Positions 26,737 to 37,573 of a DNA stretch of 64,000 bases are shown piece after piece (position 1 is the first letter of the stretch; every line of letters starts with the position of its first letter). Made by a program: the position numbers and the translations under genes. The stretch is from contig CM097888.1 of assembly GCA_044892525.1 (NCBI GenBank), positions 12,896,001 to 12,960,000 of the forward strand. Reading direction: 5' to 3'. The notes under the pieces were generated by a model, which ran no database searches, was not told where the DNA came from, and saw nothing but the letters and a program-made list of their open reading frames with translations. Origin of the DNA: Schmidtea polychroa. Lineage: Eukaryota.

Positions 26737-28376
26737 TTATGATTGATCATCGGCCACGGATTTCATGAATTTATTTTGCTTTTCAACAGTGCCTGGTTTC
26801 GAATTGGCCAGAGTATTTCGTTCTTTTCGGTTTCGTTTCTGTTGCATTATTCTACTCTCGTTATTCAAAGTTTTGATCTTGTGTGGAATGATTCTCCTGT
26901 TCTGAATTTTGCGCACATTTGGATTCAAAGCATATTTCTCTCTCAATTTATCTGCCTCCATCAAGCTCATTCTTTCTCTCGGTGTTTTCTATTGGAAATA
27001 GATTATCACGTGACAATATACAAATATATACAATACCGGTCCTAATTTCTCGGCAGCATTTGACTTCCACAGTCGGACATTGTGATCCGATGATGACGAC
27101 AGGATATACGCGTCATCATATGTATATCTCACGGTAATTCCCCTCATCATCCGTTTGACAGTGTATATTTCCCTCGAAATTGAATCATCCTTATTGAAAA
27201 TTCGAATCTAAGATAAATTAAGATAAGAAAAGCAATTTAAAGTAATTTAATTTACCGTTTTGTCAACACTACAAGAAACAAATTCATGGCCACGATTCGA
27301 ATAGCAAACATCACTAACTGATTGCCCATGGCCAGTGTGAATTTTAACGGGATTTTTAAAGAAACGACTATCAAAAGTATATAAATTATAATCAGCGGAA
27401 CATGTAGTTAAATAAACTGGAAACTGAGGATTGAAAGACATACTGTTACTTTTGTGTGTCATTTTAAGCTAGATAAAAATAAAAATAGAACTCGTAAAGT
27501 TTTATAAATATCTACTTGCGCTGACATTTGTGTTTGCCTAATATCGAATAAATTAATTTTATTATTATTTGTCAACCCACAGAGAATGTTAGTTTCAGTG
27601 GGATGAAATTTAACATAATGTACGCTCTCCCGATCATTTTGACCGAAAGTAGTGTAAACCTCACTATTCGAATAACCCAACTTATAAATTAAAACACATT
27701 CACTAGTCCCTATTGCAAAATGCTGATCAAAAAGCTGAGTACTTAAACTTTGTGGAACATTTTCAATGTGAAAAGTATTCATTGGGGGAACATTCTTGTT
27801 ACACCCTTCATTGTCAGATATATTTGAAAAATCCCACTGATTTATTACTTTATCATAACCACACTAGGAAAATAACAGGAAATTAAAATTATTAATTATA
27901 TAATTGTATTTACTGTTAAAAAATTGCCTTCATCAAAATGTGAAACACCAGATATAATACCATCGTGTGCTTTAAAATCAAAGAGTTTTAAACATGAAGA
28001 AACATTCCAATATTGAACCTAAGAAGTAATAGATAGTGATACATTTTTTTAATTAATTACTCGTCCATCTGAAGTACCAAATGCAGCTAGAGAAGCTTTT
28101 TTAGGATCAGTGCTAATAACTTGAACATCATCTAGGGTACCATTAAGTGACCTAATAAACGGTTTGCTAAGCATTCTCTGTATTTTAGACGCATTCATTG
28201 CTCTAATGTATTCTCGTTCCTGTGCAAAGGGATGAAGTGATTCTTGGTGGTTTCTAGGAACTAGTGAAATTTAATATTAAATTAAAATAAATATTTAAAC
28301 CTTTATGAATTTCATTCTTTGTTTCCCGCATGTATTCATAGGGATTTCTTACTAAGACTTTAACTTTATCAGACAT
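26737..28376 (-). CDS. DCAF13: DCAF13/SOF1 WD40 U3 snoRNP (SSU processome) protein, 454 aa, 7 exons
   Basis: Exons 28376-28301, 28260-28061, 28018-27914, 27863-27516, 27468-27256, 27207-27037, 26988-26737 join in frame via GT-AG introns of 40, 42, 50, 47, 48, 48 bp. Motifs: KVKVLVRNP, VPRN..LHPF..REYIRA.NA.K, DYNLYTFD, SREIY..KRM, NVRLWKSNAAEKLG, Sof1 tail SKPG. Confidence 0.95.
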
Positions 28377-30681
28377 AAGGTTGTAATAAAAAATATATAA
28401 TATTAAAACAATTTAAATTGTTTTAAAATGAGATACTTTATTTAACTTAAATAAATAATATTTTTTATAGATTTTTAAAATGGAAAAAGATTCAAAAATT
28501 TGTCATAATAATATAATTTAAAATTAAATTTAACAAGTATGAAATTGTAAAATTTTCTTGTACATAACACAATTATCTTAAAAGTTATATTAGTTTCTAA
28601 ATAGTTTGAACAACATATATATTTTTTCAATCATAAATATAAATGCCTATCACAAATACTTAAAATCCAATATTTTGAAATTCAATATTATATGACGGTA
28701 TTTATATAATTTGAAAATATCTAACTGAATTGTAACACAAATCTAATTTTTTATTAAATTATTAATTTTAATTAAAGCTTTTCTATGAGGAAAATATTAA
28801 TTTTAAAAATTATTTTAAATAAGCTTATGCAAATAAGTATTTTGTTCTCAATGTTAGATTTGTGGCGGTCTGAATTGGCTCAGGATTTCAAGTGGTATTG
28901 CTGGATATATCGTCTTAATTGAAACTTACCAATTTATAAAACAATAATTCTCAACCGTTTTTTGATAACGATACCTTTTTAATAATTTAGAAATATTAAA
29001 TAATTTTAAATTAAAATATTTTAAAATCTCCTTTTAACACATAGATTTGCAACAAATTAAAAATAATTTATTATTTAAATTTTAATTTTCAAAAAATATT
29101 TTTTAGTATAAAAAATTTATATTTTATAAATTTGCTTAAAAATCTGTATTTTCTATAATTATTCTATCCTACTTGACAATGACGGGAAAATTGCAAAAAT
29201 ATTTGAGTGGCGCTTTCTTATAATTAAACTATTGCCACGTATATTTAATTCTTGATTTATTGTTTAGTTAATTATTAGTATTTTATCATATTACCTAAAC
29301 TATTATAACTATTAATCATTTTAGTTTGATAATATATATTTTTTGATTTGTTTTATATTTATCATTTTTTTGAAATAATTGATGACACCATTTATTAATT
29401 TTTCTTAATGTTGGTGCTTAGGGGGTGTGTCATATAAATATTCAAGGGTTGTTTATGGATTTGGAATCGACTCTTTCCTAAACTCTTTCATTATTATTTT
29501 ACTTTATACCATCTGCGTATCCATGGCAACAACCATGTTGGTAATGTACACAGTGGCTGAAAATCAATGAGCAGATGAACTCTAATACTAGAACTACTCC
29601 TCATTGTATTTTCATTTTCGAGTTCTGGACTGCCTATAGAAGGTCTTACGTCACTGTTCATTATCTCTCTTTTCTTAGATGTGGCAAATATGTGCAGAGA
29701 GTACGGTGTCTGGTGCGAGTTGAACAAGGTTCGTTACGGAAAACCCGTTGTGTAATAGAAATAACTGCTCTGTCTGGAGGTTGAGTAAGAGTGATCAGAG
29801 TCATAGTGTGAGAACAGTGTTTAAAAAACGTGTACGTTAGAAGGAGGTGTATGAAGATAATTGTCGACTTTACGGTGAAAAAAACTGTTTTTGATATTGT
29901 TGGGTACGTTTGCAGAGGAAATGTTACGGAAAGAGTCGTTATCCCTTTTATGACTTTCGTAATATTTGAAAATTAATATTTGATAATAATACTTGATAAT
30001 ATTTAATATAATATGAAACTTGATAAAAATATTATTACAAAACTCTTTTTATAATATTTGTTAATGTTTAATATAATATTCGATACAATATTTAACTAAA
30101 ACTTTAAATTGTATATATTTGATAGAGTGCAATTAGATGAAATAAGGAATGCAAACAATTTAATAAAACTTACTTCAGCCAGGAACACTTCTGATACCAT
30201 TGTCGTGGTGGAGCTACCCGCACAGCAAGCTAATAATCGGACAAATAGATTAATTGAAAGTTCCACATAGTATAATCCAATTAAAAATTTCGAAAAATAA
30301 ATTTTCATATTTATTTGCGATTGTATTGTTGGGCTGAGTCGAAGGGTAGTTGGGAAATTAGGGCAAACTTAACTAAAATAAAATAAAAAATAAAAACAAA
30401 TAAATTGACAAATAAAATAGAATAAAACATAAGAAAAACAATAATTAGAAAATAGGAATTAAAACAAAAAATATAAAGATGAGAAAAAATTAAAATAGGA
30501 CAATAGAATGGCGGAAAACAACGTAAAATATAGTAAATAATAAGAAAATTAAGGAAAATAAATAAAAACATAATTTTAATAAAGAAAGTAAGAAGAAATA
30601 ACTAAAAACAAGGAAAATAAATTAAATTAATAAAATTAAGCGGTACTCAATTCTAATTGGTCCGCGCAAACAAAAAATTAA

Positions 30682-30791
30682 TATATAAGCAGGCATTAAA
30701 AACATAACAATTACTGTTAATCAAACCACCTCAATAGGTAAGTGAAATTTAAACAAGACTACTGTTAATCAAACAACCTCAATAGGTAAAT
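30682..30791 (+). promoter_or_regulatory. Candidate LTR core promoter and 5' splice donors
   Basis: TATATAAG at 30682; a 30-bp direct repeat (48-bp period, 30712 and 30760) whose copies end in AG|GTAAGT (30738) and AG|GTAAAT (30786); a further G|GTAAGG at 30953. Confidence 0.5.
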
Positions 30792-33191
30792 CTATTCTAC
30801 GACAGAACAGAACTCCAGCAACTAACGCACGATAACTCACGAGGACAATTCCAAGATTCAAGAGATTTTTACAGAACCAGACGATATTCGAGCATTAACT
30901 GATTCGACATAGTACCCTTTTCGACTCAGCCCATACTTGTAGCAATCCTTCGGTAAGGATTTTTGATTGCTTATTTTGAATTTTTAAGTAATGCGTATAG
31001 TTTAATAATATTTTTAATTTAAAAACTGGTTTTTCTTTTCGTTTGATTTTCGAATGCTTTACTTAAATTAATAATTTGCTTAATAATAAATGAATTAAGA
31101 ATTATTGATCTTTTATGAATTAATTTTTATGAATTATTATTGGAGACTATTCAATTTTGCGAGAAACGTGGCGTTGAGATACTCTATGTCATGGTGTGAG
31201 GTGCCTTCGGGAGCTCCACCGGTGGACATAGGGTATTTCAATCACGCAGCTAGATTGGGCCGAAATGTGAGGGCTTCTTCACGGGTCCAATTGCTGAAGG
31301 TGCGACTAAAATCTATAGGTAAATGGTGGCAGAAAATTGATAGTCATGTAGTGATTGAAAACAAAGATATGTAAGAAAGGAATCGGAGAATTTCGATGTA
31401 TTCGCGCAGTGATTGAGGGTGTCACACTATCGTTTTCGACTGCCGTTTTTGCTAAGCTTAAATTTTTCTCCATCATCAATGTAAGTTGTGCGTCAAAAAG
31501 TGTTCAAACCTTAGTGAGGCTATCTGTGACCTATCTTCGATGTTCATACTTTTCACTTAAGATCTGTTTCGACCAATTGTTAGTCTAAGACCTTTTGAAC
31601 TGGTATTCCGTTCATCTAAAAGTTCTCTTAAAGACATAGTTGCAAGGGAGTTCAAAGTAGATTGCTTCAGACAAGTATTAGGATTACTCGAAATGACTGT
31701 TTGTAAATAAATGGTAGAACCATGTAAAATGATTTAATCCAAAAAGTTATTCAGAATTGCATAAAACGAGTTTGTTCCAAATAAAAGCTTAAATTACATA
31801 AAATGATTCGCTATCATAAATTTTTAGAATTCTATATAAAAGGATTTACATACAATTAATTATCATGATTACATAAACTATTGGCATCAAATAATTTAAA
31901 AATGAAAAATGCAACCAATTCGAGCCAAGAAAAATATATTTCTTCAAGTTAGCCGATGATCTTGTTAATTAAATAAAAAATTCCAGTATTTCATGGGGTT
32001 GGCAATCCAGCAGGGATAGGTAGAAATCCTCCAGCACTTAGAGAGTAGATCGATAAACTAGGTTTGAGGAATTAAAGACGAAAAATCCACCCTTGGAGCA
32101 AGCTATATCCAACGTTTGCAATACAGATAATTATAATTTTTCCAATAATCCGGTGAGAATTAGTAAACCATCATCATATGCAGTAGAATTGTGAGCGATT
32201 ACGCGGTAGATAAAATTCTGAGAGAATGCCATCATGCAAACATTTAACACCTACATTTGTAGTGACGAGTATAAATAAGCGTGTGACAGCGCAACTTGCA
32301 TGCGTCACCAGTTGCAGACATACCTAGTAGCCAAGTACAGTGGGCAAAGTCACACACGCATCTACTCCTGAAAAACCAGACCGAACACACCAGATGGAGT
32401 TTCTATTAACTAATTAAACTACCGACAGGTATCGGATTTCACCGCTCCGGATTAAATGTCAACCACCGGGCTGACATTTCCTTATCCACCTAGCAGGAAT
32501 GGTCGGCTACTAGCTCACATTGATACCGTGCTCAGTTATCATAAAGGCAAAGTCTTTTAACGCTAAACCCGATCATAATCATGATTATTCTCTCTTTATT
32601 ATCTTAGCATGAATGGCATAGAAATTATTTCATTTTTTGACATAATTGTCATTAACATTAATATCGAATATTATTAAACAAATATTATTTAAACCGGGTA
32701 AAACACATATGCGAGTAATTTGAGAGAACGAATAAATAATTAAAAATTTAAATAACCTTCCGTTTATCCTGTAGGAACTAATCAACAGACATTATGGACC
32801 CCCTTTTCCATAGATAGTCACTCGACCCCAGTATATGATACACTCATCAAAATCACTCGTTCGGGGGGGGGAAGTCAACAATTCAACTCGATTCTCAATA
32901 AACGTGAAATAATGACTTCAAGCGGATTATATAAATAATCATTTTCATCGACCTAGAATTTCTCTCACTAATGGTAATATCTTCCTTTCCTTGTGCGAAA
33001 TGTGGTTTGAGCGATTTATCCTCTTACAGTTAAAGATCCAAAAGGTATGAGGATCCATCGTGCAGTAGAACTTGTCTTGACTAGTAAACCCATATTTTTG
33101 TCTATGATCAGTAAAGTCGGAATGTGGTCAGATGATGACACTCCCGTCGATTTAATTATTCTCATTTTCATTTTTTCCACAGTCACTCAAA

Positions 33192-33941
33192 ATGTTGCCA
33201 AATTCCAAGACCGTTCTTCGACCTTGTTTTTCTTGCTCCGACAAGAATTCAATTATCAAGGAGCTCCAGGCCCAGATCGGAAAGCACAAAAGAAAGATAG
33301 ATGAGTTAGAGGGGACATGGTTTAGTCCCACCCAGATGAAGGAGGTTCAGAAGAAGCTGCACCGAAGCGAGTACTGTAGAGACGCGTTGATTTCCGAGAG
33401 TCGGGCGCAGAGGAGCCTGATAAAAGAGCAATCGGAGGCGCTGCACAAATTATACGTCCAGGCAGCAACTACAAGGAAGATCGCGAAGATCCCAATTAAT
33501 GAAGCCAGTAATCTTTTCCCAGCGCATCATGATATCTCTGGCGGATCTTCTTCTCCAGTCGGAAAGTCCTGCCATGGGTGCGTAGAGACCGAGCTCTCAC
33601 CTAAAGAACCAGAAATTATCTGTACCGGAACCAGTAAAGTGCTACCTGCGATAGCATCCACCTCCGCAGCACCCCCGACCAATCCAACGGCATCGAAGCC
33701 AAAACGTCGGCAATTATCGAGAGCCGAACGCAAAAAGAAACAGCGGGAACGCGTAACCGCCAAACAGAACCAGCAATCGTCGGATCATCCAATCAAAGTC
33801 ATCAACCCTCCTGCAGCAATTGATTTAGCATCAGTGATCTCAGGGCGAATCATCTCCGCCGCTGGTGTTACCTGGGAGGAAAACGCCTCTGAGTTTTTCG
33901 ATTTGGAAGATCTATTGGCAGACTCGGAGTGGGAGAAATGA
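33192..33941 (+). CDS. LTR-encoded 249-aa protein (CxxC, coiled coil, Arg/Lys-rich motif, acidic tail), function unknown
   Basis: Intact in both LTRs; GC-richer than its flanks; strong acceptor TTTTCATTTTTTCCACAG ends 9 nt before the ATG. Confidence 0.7.
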   Translation: MLPNSKTVLRPCFSCSDKNSIIKELQAQIGKHKRKIDELEGTWFSPTQMKEVQKKLHRSEYCRDALISESRAQRSLIKEQSEALHKLYVQAATTRKIAKIPINEASNLFPAHHDISGGSSSPVGKSCHGCVETELSPKEPEIICTGTSKVLPAIASTSAAPPTNPTASKPKRRQLSRAERKKKQRERVTAKQNQQSSDHPIKVINPPAAIDLASVISGRIISAAGVTWEENASEFFDLEDLLADSEWEK

Positions 33942-34075
33942 GAACTTCCCCGTAAAAAGTCTTCGTTCTCTGAATTGACCTGAACATTGTCTGATAACAT
34001 TTTACCTTGTCTCTTTTCCCGTTGTCGTGAACTTTATTGTATAGGTGTTAGATATATTTGTGTGATAATCTTAAT

Positions 34076-34115
34076 AATAAACCATTTTTGTCTGCATACG
34101 TTTTTTTTGTGTTCA
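34076..34115 (+). terminator. Candidate LTR polyadenylation signal
   Basis: AATAAA at 34076-34081 followed by a T/GT-rich tract, 135 nt after the LTR ORF stop. Confidence 0.5.
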
Positions 34116-34512
34116 TCTTAAGACAGTTGAGTTGAAATTGGTAAATGGTATTGAGAGTCATAAAATTATGAGGAGCATTAGTCAGTTGGTAAACTCAGCT
34201 AGAAATATTGCGATGGGGCGACGGAATGAGTAGACGTAAGTCCTTCTATCGGCAGTCAGGGTTGGGAAGTCGAGGCCTCAGTAAGGAGTAGTCCGAAGGA
34301 GCTGGCTCACCTGCTTACTGGCGTCTCGCCGGCATAGCACAGTTCCAACGTGAAGCAATTCACGGGTGCTATGTTGGAGTGTAAGTTATGTACGGGTCCC
34401 GCTCGGCGATGACCAAATAAATGACGGGCGAAATCGAGGTGGGCATTCATCCTCTAGACTAAAGCTGCACTAGAAAGGGGTCATCCGAGTAGTGTACCCG
34501 CAACATAATTTT

Positions 34513-34532
34513 TGGGGGCTCAGCCGGGATTT
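34513..34532 (+). promoter_or_regulatory. Primer binding site, tRNA-Pro type
   Basis: TGGGGGCTCAGCCGGGATTT, 7 nt after the LTR end; 18/20 identical to the complement of the common animal tRNA-Pro 3' end (TGGGGGCTCGTCCGGGATTT). Confidence 0.85.
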
Positions 34533-34832
34533 AGATTGAAATTTCCATTGACTAGTGTAAACTGGATAAGGATGTTATTGAGTGAATTTCTGTCGAATAG
34601 AGTGAACTCACCGGGGATCAGTGATTTCAATGGGTTAGCGAGTGCAAATTGACTAATGCTTATCGAATCTTATTATAAATCACGAATAGAAAATAATAAA
34701 ATTAAAAATATAAATAAAGCAAATTTAATGATGGAGAAATAAGATAAAAGTAAAATAATGATAACGAGTTAGAAAAGAGAATGTTTGACGAAACGAAGTC
34801 ATATATTACTGAAACATTTTTTTTTAATAGAC

Positions 34833-35318
34833 ATGACGGAATTCGTGGACCCGATACAACAACTAATCAACTTCATAAACATCGAGAATGACTCCCTTAA
34901 AACGCTGACACAAAAAAGAGAAAGAATTAACATCATACTACTTCAAGCAATCGGGCAAACACCAGCCGTCCCCAACCACATGTTATTAGCCACAGGACTA
35001 AGTCACCCAGAGGGGAAGGTAAACCCGGAAACCGTGTATCAATGGTATCAAGAGAGATTGAACCACCCAGCATTAAATCTTGATTATCAACGTATAAAAG
35101 ATCCACTAAATACCATATCAGATACAATCGAGCGGAAAATACAAGAAAAACTGACTCTACTACGAACTTGTCGTGCTTGTAAACTTCGTCCTATTCGCGT
35201 ACTGTTTTTGCCGTGTGGACACCTCAGTCACTGCGAAGAATGTGTGAACGATTTAAAACGATGTACGATATGTAGGCATGAAATAAAAGAAACTCATATG
35301 GTTTATTATGGTGAATAA
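34833..35318 (+). CDS. 161-aa protein with C-terminal IAP/MDM2-type RING finger (putative E3 ligase)
   Basis: CRAC..RPIRVLFLPCGHLSHCEEC...LKRCTICR.EI at the extreme C-terminus; first ATG at 34833 follows a T-tract TAG acceptor. Confidence 0.85.
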   Translation: MTEFVDPIQQLINFINIENDSLKTLTQKRERINIILLQAIGQTPAVPNHMLLATGLSHPEGKVNPETVYQWYQERLNHPALNLDYQRIKDPLNTISDTIERKIQEKLTLLRTCRACKLRPIRVLFLPCGHLSHCEECVNDLKRCTICRHEIKETHMVYYGE

Positions 35319-35881
35319 AACTGTTACAGCTACAATGACATCTATGAACATCAAATTGATACTGACAATTGAATGAGAATGAATGTAATTGTTGTGTGAA
35401 ATTTTATTAAAGTTTTAAATTTTATTTCTATGACGAATAAATTTTTGTTGTGAACTGAGTAATTTATGGCTTTTAATTTTATTTTATAACTTTGTTTTGG
35501 AATCAAACGAAAAGAAAACCGAAATAACGTGGAATTAGTCCCAATATAGGCTGTAAGGGTACAAACCGAGCCACCTTAGGGCGGTACGTTCTATCATACG
35601 ATAAAACCAATTGGGAGGGGATAACCGATCAACCTAAGTGAGGAGCGTAGGGCGGGGTACCATCGCAAATGATGAGAAGTTTCTGCGGCATGACTGATCA
35701 CCATGCCAATGTAGAAATGGATCATCGCGATCGTCGTGCGTTTTGAGCAAGGGGGGAAAGGGGACACACTCCCGAGCGGTAAAGATTAAGTCAACAAATT
35801 AAAAATAGACAGAGAAAATGGTAATCTTGAGTAAAAGAAGAAAAGAGAGGTAGAAGCATGCAGAGTAAAGAATGTTAAAGC

Positions 35882-36207
35882 TGAGCTGTTGAATAGTGCC
35901 AGCCAGTCGTAAGATCGAGTTGTTGAATAGTCCAACCGATCAGAAGGAGGAAGATTGAGCTGTTGAATAGTGCCAGCCAGTCGTAAGATCGAGTTGTTGA
36001 ATAGTCCAACCGATCAGAAGGAGGAAGATTGAGCTGTTGAATAGTGCCAGCCAGTCGTAAGATCGAGTTGTCGAATAGTCCAACCGATCAGAAGGAGGAA
36101 GATTGAGCTGTTGAATAGTGCCAGCCAGTCGTAAGATCGAGTTGTCGAATAGTCCAACCGATCAGAAGGAGGAAGATTGAGCTGTTGAATAGTGCCAGCC
36201 AGTCGTA
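35882..36207 (+). repeat. 74-bp tandem repeat, about 4.4 copies, dimeric (34+40 bp)
   Basis: Units start at 35882, 35956, 36030, 36104, 36178; both subunits share YGAGYTGTYGAATAGT. Confidence 0.95.
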
Positions 36208-37573
36208 AAGGCCTAGAAAAGCGAGAGATAGCAGTTAAGCTACAATGAGCTAATATCTGAATTAATAGAGAAAGGGAATATTAAAGCTAGCTAGAAACAA
36301 ATTGAATGTAATTACGGAAATTTGAGTTTAGAGAGGAAATAAACGAGCTCGTGGAAAAGATAATAAGATTATAATGAAAAAGGAAAGGGAAGAAGGAAAC
36401 GAATTAAAGAGATAATGGAAAATAAAGAATAGGCGAAACGATGATAATGAGTAAAGAGGAAAGTAACCAACTAATTAAAGGGATCCCAGTGAGGTAGAGA
36501 AACTCTGCGGAATATTTTTTTTTGGTTAAACCGGGAAAATGCATTTTATTGGTTCCAGAGTAGAACCGAGCGTAATAATAGTAAATATGAAAAGTAAAAT
36601 AGCGACAACAGCGCAAAAGGAATAGGAAAACGAAGGGGGGTAATAAGCAGAGACCGACAACGACCTATTTTTACTATAATTGATAACGAATAGATAATTA
36701 TTACGACTTGATAGATAATTGTTACTACCCCATATAGATAATTTAAAATCGACGAAAAATTCGGGCTGATGGGAGATTATAACCCGCGGAAGTAATTGCA
36801 TAAAAAATAGGGGAAGCATAAACAGAACCTAAAAGGTGTCTGTGTTCGAACGTTGTTGAAAGAATGATGAAGTCGTGTAAGCAAATGCAACACGAGATCA
36901 TTTTTTCATTTTAGATATCAAACCAATCCAGTCAACCAAGACAATCCAGAACCTGCACAAAAGGAATTCGAAGAAATCGACAATCGACCAAGAATAAATT
37001 CATTCAGAACCCGCACCGAGAGACACAGCAACCGGAAGACTCCAGAACGGAAGAAGATACAGATAGCGATATCTCCAACTTCGAACGAATCATCGATATA
37101 TTCAACCTCATAATATTAGCAGCCATCTGTCAAGGACTAGTGAATCTCCTCAGAATCACAGTAGCAGATCCATACAGAATATTTATCGAAGGAAACACAA
37201 TCAGAACCGAACTCGTCCAATTCAATAGCCGCTAATTACCAAGAAGCGTAAGAAAGGAATCACGGATAAACCCAATCTTAGATCTTCAAGTAAGCCAGGA
37301 GACGTATTATTTTCAGGAGACGAATTACAACAACTCAAAAGAGGACGATCTATTAAACAGCAAAGAGGAATATCGCAAGGATCAAGAAGAACCAATCAAG
37401 TACCTATATTTGACCAAGAAAATCTCGGATACACCCCTAGTCGATCTCGAAGCAGAGAAAGTCTGTCCGACATCACTAATAGTTTAGCAACGTCAACCGA
37501 GGAATTATCAGCCCAAAGTTTAGTCACATCGTTAGACAATTTAAAAGAAACAGACGAATCTAGAACACCAATC

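Larger units (their letters stand above)
30327..34505 (+). repeat. 5' LTR, 4179 bp
   Basis: Matches 56480-63266 apart from the hAT insertion and about 6 differences spotted by eye. Confidence 0.97.

Noticed and set aside
25687-26970. Twin 77-aa ORFs as independent genes
   Set aside because: They are the last exon of DCAF13 and its partial duplicate.
30311-31588. Small LTR ORFs (30311-30571, 31105-31374, 31355-31588) and their copies near 56359-57748
   Set aside because: Low-complexity or non-ATG starts; duplicated only because they lie in the LTR.
35882-36207. CRISPR-like repeat/spacer look of the 74-bp array
   Set aside because: The 'spacers' alternate between two fixed sequences, there are no cas genes and the context is eukaryotic; it is a dimeric tandem repeat.
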